Positions 1-15,071 of a stretch of 64,000 nt of DNA are shown piece by piece (position 1 is the stretch's first letter; each line of letters opens with the position of its first letter). Below the pieces are notes generated by a model. That model worked only from the letters and a program-made list of their open reading frames with translations. It ran no database searches and had not been told where the DNA came from. The stretch lies in the NCBI RefSeq assembly GCF_009914755.1, contig NC_060946.1; one strand, written 5' to 3'. Source of the DNA: the human T2T-CHM13v2.0 reference genome, Homo sapiens. Made by a program: the position numbers and the translations under genes.

Positions 1-167
1 TACAGAATGAGGTCTTGTTTTGTTTTGTTTTTGGAAGACTGTAAAGGATCGGTATTCATCTTTAAATATGTGGTAGAATTCACTGGTGAAGCCATCTGGT
101 CTTGGGCTTTTTATCATGGGAAGGGTTTTGGTTACTAATTCAAACCTGTTACTTGTTACAGGTCTTG

Positions 168-461
168 GTTTTTTTTTTTGAGACGGAGTCTCACTCTGTT
201 GCCCAGGCTGGAGTGCAGTGGTGCGATCTCGGCTCACTGCAACCTCCGCCTCTTGGGTTCAAGCAATTCTCTGCCTCAGTCTCCTGAATAGCTGGGATTG
301 CAGGTGCCCGCCACCACACCCGGCTAATTTTTTTTGTATTTTTAGTAGAGACGGGGTTTCACCATCTTGGCCAGGTTGGTATTGAACTCCTAATCTCATG
401 AGCCACCTGCCTCAGCCTCCCAAAGTGCTGGGATTACAGGCGTGAGCCACCGCGCCCGGCC
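168..461 (-). mobile_element. AluS
   Basis: Poly-T, then gagacggagtctcactctgttgcccaggctgg ... gagccaccgcgcccggcc. Confidence 0.95.
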
Positions 462-553
462 TCCACTTGTTACGGGTCTATTCAGATTGTTGTCTTCTTG
501 GGTTGGTTTTGGTAGTTTGTGTCTTTCTAGGAATTTGCCTGTTTGGTCTAGGC

Positions 554-900
554 CGGGGGTCCTCCAGCCCCCGACCTGTGGACTGGTACCTGTCCATGGC
601 CTGTTAGGAACAGGACCACATAGCACAAGATAAGCAGCAGGCAAGCAAGCATTCCTGCCTGAGCGCCACTTCTTGTCAGATCATCAGCCACATTCGATTC
701 TCTTAGGAGCACAAACCCTGTTGTGAACTGCGCATGCGAGGGATCTAGGTCTCACACTCCTTATGAGAATCTATTACAACTAATGCCTGTTGATCTGAGG
801 TAGAACAGTTTCTTCCTGAAACCGTCCCCCCACCCCTGTCTATGGAAAAATTGTCTTTCATGAAACCAGTCCCTGGTGCCAAAAAGGTTGGGGACCACTG
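554..900 (+). mobile_element. MER1B hAT-Charlie DNA transposon
   Basis: MER1 internal sequence (gtgaactgcgcatgcgagggatctagg; ccctggtgccaaaaaggttggggaccactg); perfect 8-bp TSD GTCTAGGC at 546-553 and 901-908. Confidence 0.9.
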
Positions 901-2390
901 GTCTAGGCTGTCTAATTTGTTGGCACAAATTGTTAATAGACCCTTAGAATTTTTTTATTTTTGTAAGATTGGTAGGAATGTCCCCTCTTCATTCCTGATT
1001 TTAGTAATTTGAGTCTTCTCTTTTTTCTTGTTCACTATAGCTAAAGGTTTGTTAGAGTTTTTGCTCTTTTCGGAGAACCAACTTTTGGTTTTGTTGATTT
1101 TCTTTACAGTTATTCTCTATTTCATTTCTTTTTGCTGTAATCTTTATTATATTCTTTCTTCTGCGTGCTTTGGGTTTGGTTTGCTCTTCTTTTTCTAGTT
1201 TCTCAAGATGGAAGGTTAGGTTACTGATATGAGATCTTCTGTCTTTTTTACATAGGCATTTACATCTACAAATTTCCTGGTAGGAACTACTTTAGCATCC
1301 CATAATTTAGGATTCTGTAAATTTTGGTGTTTGTGCTTTTACTTTCATTTATTTCAAATTATAGTCCAATTTCCTTTGTGACCTATTGGTTATTTGGGAG
1401 TTTGTTGTTTAATTTCCACATATTTGTTTATTTTCTAAATGTCCTTTTGTTACGGTTTTCTAATTTTATTCCATGTGGCCAGAGAACCCACTTTATATGA
1501 TTTCATTCTTTTTGACATTACCTAGGCTTCTTTTATGGCCTGACATGTGGTCTGTCATAGAGAATGTTCCATGTACACTTGAATAGAATGTGTATGCTGC
1601 TGGTTTTGGTGGCATGTTCTGTAGATATCTATTAGGTCTGGTTGGCTAGATGGTTGATAGTGTTGTTTAAATCTTCTGTTTTCTTGCTGATCTTCTGTTC
1701 TAGTTCTTTTCATTATTGAAAGTGAATTATTGTGCATTTTTTCCTTCAGTTCTGTCAGTTTTTGCTTCCCTTATTTTCATGCTCTGTTAAGTACACACAC
1801 ACGTTTATATTTATTATTGTTATACCTTCTTGATGCATTGACCCTTTCTCATTATAAAATTTATCACAAATTTTGTTGTTTATGTTTTAACAATATCCTG
1901 TTTTTTAAAAAATCTATTTTTCCATATCTTTTGCACATAGTAGTCAGTGTGTGATTAGGCCACAGATTTTCTCCAGGGAGTAAGCCTTGAGCACCTGTAA
2001 TCCCACTTGCATTCACAGGTGAGGTATGAGCTTTTTCAATTTTGGCTTCTTGCAGTGTAATCTTTTATCATTCTATTGAAATTATACCTAATTTTGAAAT
2101 TATTTCTTTTTCTGAATATTCATTTGTATTTCAATTAAGATTTACAAACAAACAGAAGTTGGTACATACAATAATATGATGTGTTTAACTTAGAAAACTT
2201 CCCTTTGTATGCAAATGTAACATGACAGGATCAATCATTAGAGTCAACTTACTTAGAGAAATTTTCTGTAGCTGAGTTCTGTTTTATTTGTTGAGTACCT
2301 TGGGTCTGTATTTTAATCATCTGCAGTTTTTTTTTAGCAGCTTGGAATAAAGGGCAAAAGGTCATAAAGGGCAAAATATAAAATCTGTTT

Positions 2391-2428
2391 AATATAATAT
2401 AATATGATATAATATAATATAATATATA
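2391..2428. repeat. (AATAT)~7 pentanucleotide microsatellite
   Basis: aatataatataatatgatataatataatataatat. Confidence 0.85.
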
Positions 2429-3318
2429 AATAGCTCAAGTTAAAGGTATTAGAGACCACTAGAAGGAATTCAGAAAGGAACAAAGGATGGATCTAGTAGT
2501 GGTTAAATGATCACTTCTGCAGTCCAGGTGCGGAATACTTTGATTTATGTGAGAGGAACTCTACATTTGGTAACAAACAATGAGATCACAGAATATCCAG
2601 AGGCTTCTGACGAAATTGTTGTTTTTGCTGTTAAATATAAACTCATCCCTGGAAATTGGAGAAAACCCACTTTCTGCCTTTTTTCTTCCCTACATTTTAG
2701 GAGATAGGTGGCAAATAATACAAAACTACATGGTCTTAGAATTCATGGTTTCATTATGTTTTCTTTTCTTCCTTTGCTTGTTTCTTAGAAAAGGGCAAAT
2801 GTGATTCCAATAACTTTGGGTTTTTTTATTTGAGTATACTAGAGACACAGGAAAGTGTAGGCGAGAAAGTCTTTGGCACTACTTGGTTTGAATTATTGGG
2901 ATAATGTCTTTCTAAAAATGTCTGTTCTTTTGTTTGTAGGTGTGAAAGATGTTTTCATGCTCTTAGATAACCCTAGATGAATCCAGGGATTCTATTTTGA
3001 GTTCATCTAAATCTGAAAGTCCAGTAAATGTGCACTGGTAGGTTAGGTCAGTCAGTGCAGAATTACACAGTAGAGGAAGAGGTAGGACTGCCTCGTGCTG
3101 ATCCTGTGATGTGTTGGTTGCTTTGTCTGTGTAATCTCATTTTCACATTGCTGCCATCCTGTGAATTGTATTTTGCTACTATGTACCTATGAAAGTTAAG
3201 CAGAGTAAACCAGTCTGACAAAGGTCACACAACTAGCATATAGCAGAGGCAGCATTGCAAGTGATGCCAAACTCGAGGGCCTATCCCATTTTTATTAATA
3301 CCATGTCATGTGTTATGA

Positions 3319-3693
<375 letters not shown>

Positions 3694-4299
3694 TAAACTT
3701 TTATTAATCCATTGAACTTTTTACCCAGTTTCACTACAAAAATGAAGTTATAACTGGGAGCAAAGCATTCTTTTTTGTTAGTATTTGGGTTATCTAGTTG
3801 ATTTATTTTGTATTCTCTAGGGATGTGTCTTGCCTTATGCATGTACATTTTATTATCAGCTTAAGTGTAACAATATTAGGAAGATAAACATAATTGTCCA
3901 TCCTCTTGCAGTCTGAATCTGTTGCCCCTCTTCTGTTCGCGCACAACAGCCATGCATTCCACTTTCATGGCACTTAGCGCATTTAATTGTCCATTAGACT
4001 GTGAGCTCCCTGTAAGGCAGGATTTAGTGTTGTTTGTTATTGGATCTTTAACAAGATAATATCTGGCATGTGATAAGCATTATTTTAGTCATGATTCTTC
4101 TGAATCTAAGTGACTGAAGTCCACTTCAGATGGTTTATGCACATAAAGGGATTTATTGGCTTATGCAACTGAAAAATTCCAGGGTCATTGGGTGAAGGCA
4201 CGGTGAATCCAGGGCTGAAAGATGTCATCAGTATCTGTCTCATCTTTGTCTCATTTTTCTCCTGTGCTGGCTTTGTTGTAAGGCACATTTCCTGCTTCC

Positions 4300-5640
4300 T
4301 GTGTTGGCTCCTGTTCTTGCCTACTCAGGGTTGGCATGGCCCACGGCTGGTCCTCAGACCACTCTTCTCCATTATTGCTCATTCTCTGGGTGACCTCATC
4401 TCATACCACAGCTTTAAATACCTCTTCTAAATTGATGATTTCCACATTTATGTTTCTGGCCTTGATCTCTTGCTGAAGCTCTAGGTTTACATATACAGCT
4501 TCCTATTATGTGCTTCTAATTGGCATCTGAAATGTATGAAGGCTGCGTCCAAACTTTTGATTTCCCCCACACATAACACCTCCTGTTACTCTACCAATGT
4601 TTATCCTTCAGTAACTGGTACCACCATTTACTCGTTTGCTGAGGCCTGGAACCTGAGTCCTGATTTTCTTTCACTCTCACCCACTTATACTCATTAGCCC
4701 TATCTTCAAAAGGTGTTCCACATTCACCTACTTCATGCCTCCTCTGCCATAGACATCTTTCATTGCTACTGCCAGAACTTTCTTACTCATCTTTCTGTCT
4801 CTCCTTTTGCCCTCTGAATCATCACACAGTAGCCAGAGTGACCTTTTAAAAATTACTGTAGCTGTTGTCACTCCTTGCTTAAATAAACCATTCAGTGCCT
4901 TCTTATTGCAACCTAGAAGCAAATCCAAAGTACTTGTCATGTCCTGGCGTCTGACTGACCACCTCATCTTATTTCTTACTACTTTTACTCCTGCTCCTTA
5001 GTTCCGTCTGGTCTTACTGTTTTTCTTTGAATACTCCAAGTTTGTTCTGTCCTGAATCTTTACATCCGCTGTCTTTCTGCATGGAACCTTCCTTTAGATC
5101 TTCCCATGGCTAGCTCTTTTAGGTCTCTGTTCAAATATCTATCATTTCGACTGAGAGACCTTCCCAGCACTTTATGTTCAGTAGTGTTTCCTCTAAACCC
5201 GTATCGCTTTACTCTCTTTTATTCATTTGTTTAATAGCACTTACCACTATCGAACATTATACAAATCTTATTTGCTTTCTTGTTTATTGTTGGTTGCTAG
5301 AATGTAGGACTAGCTCCATAAGGCCCTGGAGTTTGTCCTGGTCATCATTCTATCCAAAGCACCTAGAACATGTGTTGACAAACTATGGCCCATGGTCTGA
5401 ATCCGGCCCACTGCTTCTTTTTATAAATAAAGTTTTATTGGAACACAGCCAAGCTTGTTTATCTATTGTCTACGGCTGCTTTCATGTAACAGTGGCAGAG
5501 TTGAGTAGTTGTGACAGAGACCATTTGGCCTGCAAAGCTTAAAGTATTTCCTGTCTGGCCCTTTATGGAAAAGTTTGCCAACCCCATCCATTGAAGGGTT
5601 TTTGGTAGTAGTATTTGTTGAATAAGTCTGGTGATTGGTG
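4300..5640 (+). mobile_element. L2 fragments
   Basis: L2-like motifs (ctcatctcataccacagctttaaatacc; ccagagtgaccttttaaaa; ctagaatgtag..ctccat..ggc; tatttgttgaata). Confidence 0.65.
5370..5586 (+). mobile_element. MER58A hAT-Charlie element
   Basis: caaactatggccc...aaataaagttttattggaacacagcc...gaaaagtttgccaacccc. Confidence 0.85.
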
Positions 5641-5909
5641 GCATCGTTGTCCTTCAGTCACTTCAGGCTTATCTGAAGCAGATAAGCCTGGTTCTCCTGA
5701 ACCAGATAAGACTTTGGTGAGAGACCCCCAAAGGGTCTGTATCGTTGTTCTCTAGAACTCTATACAGGCTTCTTCATTTTACATCAGCAATCTATTCCTG
5801 AAAATCAGACATTCTGTGCAAAAAAGTGACTGAGAGCCTACTTCCTTCTTAAAAATGGGGACATTATAAAATGTTACATGTCTACCCAAAACCCCAGTCA
5901 GTGTCTTAA

Positions 5910-6465
5910 AATAGAATCAAACTAAAATACTATTCAGCAATAAAAAGGAACAACTGTTGGTACAAGCCATAACTTGGGAAAATCTCATGGTAATTATAGC
6001 AGAGTGAAAAAAAAAAGCCAATGAATCCCCAAAGGTTAAATAATGTATCATTCCATTTACATGACATTCTTGAAATGACAAAATTACAGAAATGGAGAAC
6101 GGATTAGTGGTTGTCGGGGATTGAGGAAGGATGCTGGAGTTATAGGCGGGTGAACCTGCAAAAGGGGTGCCGAACCGTTCTGGCTCTCACCTGTGAGAGG
6201 GGATCTGTGACCCTGCATTATTAAGTTACAGAGAGCTAAAGACATGCACACAGCTACTCCTGAGTAAAGGCACAAGTTAACCTGGGAAACCTGAGTAAGA
6301 TCCGCACATCGTGTCACTGTCAGCATCTGGGTTGTCACATACTATAGTTTTACAGATGTTACCATTGGGGAAAACTGGGTAAGAGTACACAGAATCTCTC
6401 TTGTGTTTTGTAAAACTGCGTGTGCATCTACAATGATCTCAAAATAAAAATATTTAATTAAAAAA
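5910..6465 (+). mobile_element. L1MC-type 3' end
   Basis: aatgacaaaattacagaaatggagaacggattagtggttg ... gatgttaccattggggaaaactggg, then A-rich end. Confidence 0.75.
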
Positions 6466-9125
6466 AACCCAAACTCGGTAAAGCACCTGTGTATATAACA
6501 GACTATCATGTTAGGATGTGCACTGCTTAAAACATTTCTTTCTGATTGCCATAGAATTAGTATAGTTGTCAGCAGACAGTTGGCTTTGTATGCGGGAACA
6601 TGGAGCCTCTTAATGCCACCATTATGCCAGAAGTGCTTCTTAAATGTCTGTACACAGTTCTGACTTTTTACCAACAGTGTATGGAATGCATCTTGTGATT
6701 TTGTGTATACGTGTATATCTTTTTGTGAAATGTTGTATGGAATACTTTAGAATATAAAAAAAAGTTTCTTCTGTAAACATTGACTGGCAAGGGTATTGAG
6801 AAGTTTGGGAATTAGAAACAAAGAGGTAATAACCAGATGGATGTTTTTGAGGCATGCAAGTGGCTCTTTTTGGGTCACATTGTCATCCCTGGGGCAGTGC
6901 TGTTTGTTAGGGTGTGCAGTCAGGTGACCTCCCCTGGGGGCACAGGCTGTCAGGTTTGGGCCCACTCTTGAAGGAAAAAGCTACCAGGTTTGGGCTCATT
7001 CTTGAAGGAAAAAGAATTCTTGTTATCCAAGGAAGGAAAAAAGGGGATGCTGAACAGGGGAAAAAGTGGCAGATATCCACAAGGACTGTCAGTGTTTGGC
7101 GAATGCATGTCCTTTTCATTATCTGCTTTTGCTTCAGGAGGGAAACATAGTTTAATTTCTTTGATTTTTGTTGGAGTTGAATTCTGATACATTATTACTG
7201 GAAACAGGAGAAGCAGAATACCTTGATACTGAAGGGTAGACAGCGTAGCCAGTGTCACACTGCCAGTGAGTGTTGGGCTGAGACTCAAACCCAGCTCTTT
7301 CTGAGACCAAAATTTGTGCTCTTAATCTGTACACCCACTGCCTCCCTTAGAGGACGACATTAAAGGAAGGGTGGCTGGGATGTGCGTGTGTGTAATACGT
7401 TTCCCCCAGTGCCTGGCACATGTAGATTCAGGAAATCTATTTATATATTTTTCAGATTATAACTCATTTTCTTCTAGTAGAGGAAGCATCGCCATTGAAT
7501 CAGTGGACTGTTATTTTTCTAGTTTAATGCTACTCACGTTTAACCCGTTGGAAATGTTATTTAACTCTTTTAACAGGAGAAGGGAGGTTATTTTCTAGAC
7601 CAGCTTTGTAAGCTTTGTCCAAATTGCTGTGTTAAGCAACTGTGGGTTAGATTTCCCAGATCTCACAACAAAGGAGAGTGGCATTTATTTTCCATAGCAC
7701 ATTTAAATCAAAATTTGTTTATGAGGTATAAAAACATTTTCTAGGTTTTTGAACTGATTGAAATCTATTTTACTCATGTTGTGAGTATAGCATCGCCATT
7801 GTATGCATGTATGGATATGGATAATAGATGACCTTCATTAAAAAAAAAATTTCCCTGAAACCCCCCGTCTTTAGGACTGTCTCTGTTTACTGGTGAGGAG
7901 TTCGCCTTTCGCTGTCTGTTGGCATGTGCTCCTCGATGCCCACACAGGTGACCTTTACTACCTTCTATTTTGTATATCAGTATTGTAATGCAGATGCTGA
8001 TTCATCTGCCTGCAACTGTTCACGTACTTTAAAATCAATCATAAATGAGAAAGATTGAGAGAAGGAAAAAGATGAGAAGAGAGACCTTCATGCATTTTGT
8101 TTTTTGGCAAGTGTGGAAAATGATGTAAAGTGTAGTTAGTGCTTTGGCATCAACAATGTGATTTGTGAATGTTAGCTTTTCTGTGATGACATTTAAATGA
8201 TGAATTTCAAGATTAAACTGAGGAGTTCCTTAGGCGAACTTACAGAGTTCTCCTATATGACCGTTCCTCGTCCTTAAAGCCTGAGGAGCCAGGTTCATCT
8301 GAATGGTACTTCCACCAAGATGCAGAAATACTGTCACTCTTTAGCAGAATGGTTATTAAGTAGAACGAAGTGTGAGCTTACTTTGCCTGTATATATTGCT
8401 TACATTACATACTGAATTATTTGATAGACTATATGTGGTTCAGATATCAAAATGCATAGTTTACCCCCAGCCGTTTACCTAGTTCTTCCAACCACAACCC
8501 CTACTTCTCCCCACACTGTTGGGCTTTTTGCTTTTTTCACTAAATAGTACATTTCTGAGATCTTTCCATATTCCTATATAAAGACTTTCCTCAGTTAAAG
8601 ATCTTTCATTGTATGAATATACCAGGATTTATTTCATCAGTCTCTTCTCTATGGGCATTCTGATTGTTTCCGTTTTTTCACGACTAGAAGCTACTGCCAT
8701 GAATAGCCTTGGTTGCACATGTCATATCGCATGTGGACAAGTAATGATTGTAGAATAAATTCATAAGTGCAATTCTGGGTCAAAAGGAATGTACTGTTAT
8801 AATTTTGACAAACACTTCAGGTTGTCCTTCATCGCTATTGTGCCAGTGTCAACTCCCCTGTCCCACATCATTGCTAACAGTGTTAGCAAGATTTGGATTT
8901 GCCAGTTCTGCCAAGGTGTAAACCGGCCTTCTTGCACAGTTTTATTTCGTATTTTTCTTATGAGTTGGAGAACCTTTTTTTTCTTTTATGTGTATTCTAA
9001 TTTTCTTTACCTATTTTTCTATTGGGGTATTGATCTTTATCAGTGTATAGGAGTATTTTCTAGATTAGGGATATCACCCATCATATAAAATAAAATACAT
9101 GTATTTTTCTGTTTTTGTATTTTGA

Positions 9126-9437
<312 letters not shown>

Positions 9438-10180
9438 ATATGATACTTTTTTATGTAAAAGTTTTTGATTTTTTTAGTAGATGAATTAATCAGTCTTTTA
9501 AAAAAATGTGTTCCGTAGTTTTGATAATAGCTATAAAGGCCTTTCCTCTACCAAGGCTTTCTTCTAGTATATCATTTCAATTTTGTTGTTTAAGTATTTG
9601 ATTTACTTGGAATTTATGTTGGTTTAAAGGTTGCAGTGTGGATTCACTCTCATTTTTGTTTCTGATGATGCTGGTGGTCCCGGCAACAGAGCACTGTCAT
9701 GGCTGAGACCTGTCTTCCCTTCTCCTCCGTCCTTGCCCTAGTCCCTATACCCTTACTGCTCCATCCATGGACAACTTTTTTACTTCAACTTTTGCTTCCT
9801 AACCACGCATTCCAGCATGCAGAACTCAGTCCTTCCTTTACGATGTCTCAGTTCTACTATTTTAAGTCCTTGAGGATTTTATGAACATATTGATCAAATC
9901 ACATTTATTGAACATTTGTTAGGAGATTTTTGGTTTTTCAAGAAGAAAATTTCCAAAGTGAAGCAGACCCAGTCTGTTGCCCACTGTTTAAAAACTGTTT
10001 ATATATATTGTCTGGTTTTATGTTGTTTAAGGTGGGGGTAAATTGTTATTCCATTATGCCCAGAAGCAGAAGCGATAGTTGGAGATTTTAACACCTGCTT
10101 TTCAGCCATGGGCAGGACTCATAGACAAATATCAGTATAGACTGATGTTTTATACATTATATAAACATGATGATATGGAT

Positions 10181-10397
10181 CAAGTTTGTCCAACCTGCAG
10201 GCCGCATGCAGCCCAGGATGGCTTTGAATGCTACCTAACACAAATTTGTGAACTTTCTTATAACATGAGTTGTTTTTGTTATTTGCTGTTGTTGTTGTTG
10301 TTAAGCTCATTAGCTATTCTTAGTATATTTTATCTGTGCCCCAAGACAATTCTTCTTCCAGTGTGGCCCAGGGAAGCCAAAAGATTGGACACCGCTG
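10181..10397 (+). mobile_element. MER30-family hAT-Charlie element
   Basis: gtccaacctgcaggccgcatgcagcccaggatggctttgaatg...cccagggaagccaaaagattggacacc; degenerate TSD atatggat/atacagat. Confidence 0.85.
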
Positions 10398-10683
10398 ATA
10401 CAGATGATCTTGGTAGTACTGTCGTAGGTAGCCACCTTCACCTGAGTGATATTTATAGACCTTCCCTTAGTACTTCCAAACTCCACTTTCTTTTCACCTG
10501 CATGTGTCATGTTCACTAAGGTAGACCATAGGCTGGCCTGTACAAAAGTTTCAGTAAATGTGTAAGGGATTGAAATCATAGAGCACATTCTCTTACTCAT
10601 AAGATGATTTCTAGAAAAATTCCAAACTTTTGGAAATTAACACATCTGATTGATTTGTCAAAAAAGAAATCACAGGCAAATTA

Positions 10684-11041
<358 letters not shown>

Positions 11042-11080
11042 GCGGCGCTTAGAGGAGAGCTTATTGCTTTGAGTGCTTCC

Positions 11081-11392
11081 TTTTTTTTTTTTTTTTTTGG
11101 AGATAGAGTCTTGCTCTGTCGCCCATGCTGGAGTGCATGGAGTGCAGTGGCATGATCTTGGCTCACTGCAACCTCTGCCTCCTGTGTTCAAGTGATTCTC
11201 ATACCTCTGCCTCCCGAGTAGTTGGGATTACAGGCATGCACCACCACATCCAACTATTTTTTTTGTGTGTTTTTGGTAGCGATGGGGTTTCACTATGCTG
11301 TGTTGGCCAGGCTGGTCTCAAACTCTTGACCTCAAGTAATCCACCCACCTCAGTCTCCCAAGTGCTGGGATTACAAGGTGTGAGCCACGGCC
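11081..11392 (-). mobile_element. AluS
   Basis: Poly-T plus antisense Alu; small internal tggagtgca duplication. Confidence 0.92.
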
Positions 11393-13167
11393 TGGAATGT
11401 TTCTATTAATAAAGAAAGGTCTGAAATCAGTGACCCACAGTTCTACTTTGAGAGGATAGAAAAAGAAGAGCATAGTAAGTCCTGAGTAAGTAAGAAAGAA
11501 AGAAATAAAAGATGACAGAAATCAATGAAACATAAGACAAAAACAATAGAAAAAATTCACAAAGGCAAAAGTTGATCTTTGACCAACAAAATTGATCAAG
11601 AAAAAAGAAAGAGAGCACTAATTACCAACACTATGAAAGAATGTGTAGTTATCACATCAGTCTTCAATAAACTCAAACCTTGGTTGAGGCAACTTTCTTC
11701 ACCTGAGACACTCTGAAGACCCACGCTTTTGGGTCCTGACTTCCTTTTGAAGCCCTAATAGTATTTTGTTGCTTGTAGTTCCCCAGACACACTGCTGTTC
11801 TTTCCTTCTTGCTGTTTTTCTAAGTCCTTTTTTTCCCCTCCTAATTTAAATGCTATCTTCTTTTCCTTCTTCTAGGGATTGGCGAAATACCTCCTCTAGC
11901 CTGTTTGATCTTCTTGCCCCCTGTCTGTCACCCCTCTTGCCCCCAGCCTATTGGTTAGATACATTTGTTTCTATTATATAATCCTTAATGTGTATCTGTC
12001 AGCACTTAACATGTTCTTCTGTAAATTATCTGACTAAATATGGGTCTTTATTGTTTGGAGAATATATTTGGCAATATGGCTTGTGACTTGGAATATTGCG
12101 TTTTTGCTATTCTTATGGGAAAATGCTTTAAATTCTAAGTACCTGAATTATGAATGAGCTTTAAGATCTCAATTTAGTTTGTGTATCCATCTGGGATTGC
12201 ATAGATTTCTATTGACCTGCCCAGATTGATAGGAATACTGTTTGAGAATTTCAAATATTATCCATTATTTTTAGGAATATTTTACATCAGAGTGTTGATC
12301 AGCTATTTTAAATGCTGTAGAGGAAATAGAATATGTATTTGGATTTCGCTTTTATGTGAAGTGACAGTGTATTGTAGTAGTTAATATGCTTCATTTGGTT
12401 ATCAGACTGAATATAGTTTTATTGTATTTTTGTATTGTTAAGTGATTAAACTATGTGTCAATATATTTAATGCTTGCAGTCAATTTTTATTACTATAACC
12501 TGGTTATAATCAGTATATTCCTTAGTTCTTAAGTCTTTTCCTCAGATGCCCTCTGGTAAATATAATTCATAATTAATTAATAATACTGTTGAATCTTTTT
12601 AGTTGTCACAGGGGTACTTTGAAGAACTATGCCTATAATCTTTGCCTTGGGGTTTCCATAAGTTGATCTCTTAAGTTTAGATGAGTGCATTGCTTGACAA
12701 TGAGGATGTTTTCTTGGTAACTTGAGAATTCTTAAAGAGTGAATAATCAAGCCAGTAATGGAAGTGTGACAAGTCTTTCTCTGGTTCATTATAGCAGTTA
12801 GCTTCTGACTAAACCAATTTAATATGTTTTTTGTTTATACCTGATCTTGTTGCTAAATGAAGAATTTTTCTTTCTCAACTTAGATAACAGCTATAGTAGC
12901 CCTGTCTTCCCGTTGAATCAATTTAAATTATTTCCATAAAGCTTTCAGAAGTAAAATTGGAGAAAAATATTTTTAGGATTTTTTTTCCTTTTAGCTGCTG
13001 ATAGATTAATAGTATGTGAACCTTTTAAGACATTTAAGATTACAGCAAATCAAAAATTCACTGAAAAGAAATGCTTTTGTGTGTAAGTGGTGCCTATAAA
13101 GTAGATAAGGGCATGTCTCTTTTACTATGTTTCAAGTAACCAAACTTTCCTCCTCTTTTTTCCCTAG

Positions 13168-13248
13168 GTTCTTGATTATTACAGACCTCTTTCTGAAAAG
13201 CCCGGAATTGGTACAAGCCATGTTTCCCAAACTGAACAATCAAGAAAG
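13168..13248 (+). CDS. ATXN10: Ataxin-10 coding exon (exon 6), 81 nt, phase 2-2
   Basis: Polypyrimidine tract ending ccctag|G; translates FLIITDLFLKSPELVQAMFPKLNNQE(R), recognised ataxin-10 sequence; donor AAG|gtaacc. Confidence 0.97.
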
Positions 13249-15071
13249 GTAACCCCCCAACCAGCGTGGTCTGGAGTATTTAGCATTCCATATAGGGTAT
13301 TCGATGCACGTGACTGAAAAGCTGTGTGGTTTCTGAGTTGGCACAGAATCTCTAAATACATGTTTCTGTGTTGGTAATGGTTTTAAATTGGTTGGTTAAC
13401 ATTACAGCTTAGCCACAGTAGGCAGTGATTTATGGAGGGTAGCAGGATCCAGGTTGGTGCCATTATTCAGTAAATGCATATTAAGAAAAACATTAAGAAC
13501 AAAATATTATGCATATGCCTGGATTTTAGAATAGTAATTTATGTAACTGTGTATTACAGTTGAATATTTGAGGTGTACTCATTTGTTTAGGTCATGGGTG
13601 TTATTATTTGTGATACACTCTGCTAGGTTTGTAGGTTTCTAATGGATAATTTGGACTAAAATAAAATTGACGCCCGTCCACAATGTCACAGTTACTGTAG
13701 TAGGAAAAACAGTGACCTAGGAGTTCTAAGACACTGGCCCTGTGCTTTGCTGTGATTATAGTTCTTTATGTGACCTTGTTGGGATTCAGGTTCGTGTGTG
13801 TGTGTATTTTTTTTTTTTTTCCTAAACCTCTATGGTAAGGTACAAGGGATTCAGTTTCTTGACCTGTAAATTAAGGAGATTGAATAAATAATTTGCAGTA
13901 CACTTCATTTCAATAGAATATATTTTTCCTAACCTTATTAGAAATGTTGCCTTAGGAAAATAACAAAATATATTCAGAAACTACAGATCTAGTGATGAAA
14001 ATCTCTTAAAGTTGTTAATCTTTTGATTGTAGTCACGAGTTTTAGTGGTTTTGGACTTTTTACTTTGTATTTAGGTTTCAGTAGTTAAGCTTTGTGTACT
14101 TTTGTAGTCTTTTATTAATTAGGTCATTTTTCTTCTTTAATATCTCAAACAGGAAAAGCTTATGCTTTTAAAGTCATATGAAATACCAGGTTTATAAGTC
14201 CAATTCCAGTGCTTCTTTCCCTATATGTATACCCCCATTACAGATAGAGAAGTATTTGTAGTTTTTTGACCTAAAAGAGATAATACGACATACAGTGCTA
14301 AAAATTAGTATTTTTTTTTTTTTGCAGTAAGGAACACCTGAATACAGGAAGAATGCACAGTTTAATTGTATTTTAATATTCAAGCTGATATTTTCCATAG
14401 TCTATCAAAATTATCTATTTTTAAATGGTTTATTACATAACTACATGGTGATGGTAGACTAAAAATGTTTTATTTTTATTGATAAAGTTGTATCAGGTGC
14501 ATCCTTACTTCATTCAAGGTTCTGCTCAGTTGTCACCTCCTCTTGCCCCTGCTTTATTTTTCTTCTGGAGGAGATGAGCTGTCATTTCATCACATCATTC
14601 ATTCATCGTGTTGTGTCACATACCTGCTTGTTATTGTAGCACATTTCCATTAGATTGTTGGCACCCTGAGGGCAAGGATTCATCCCTTCTTATTCTTCAT
14701 TCCACATTTCCAGTCAGTGGTTGGCACACAGCAGGTGCTCAAAAAGAAAAAAAAATAGTTTTTCAGTGAAAGCATGAGTGAATGAATGAATATTCTTACT
14801 CAATAAAGTGTTCCTCTAGTATATTGATTAATGTAATCTTATCTTCTAAGTTGGAAGCCTCAAGGTTATACTCAGCTTCTCCACTTTACCTTTTCAGTTC
14901 ATACTGGTCAGTAAACCTTATCAGTTATACTATCCCAAGGTCTTATGTATTTATTCTCTTTTTTGTCACAGCCCTAGTTTACCCTATGGAATCTTTGACT
15001 AGATTTTGACAATAGCCTTTGTCAAAAAATTGTGGTAAATCACACATAATATAAAGTTTACTATTGTAACC

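Larger units (their letters stand above)
1..1930 (-). mobile_element. Old L1 (L1M-type) ORF2 fragment, interrupted by an Alu and MER1B
   Basis: T-rich antisense L1 sequence; minus-strand ORF2-like peptides [17 protein letters not shown] and DLIDIYRT. Confidence 0.85.
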
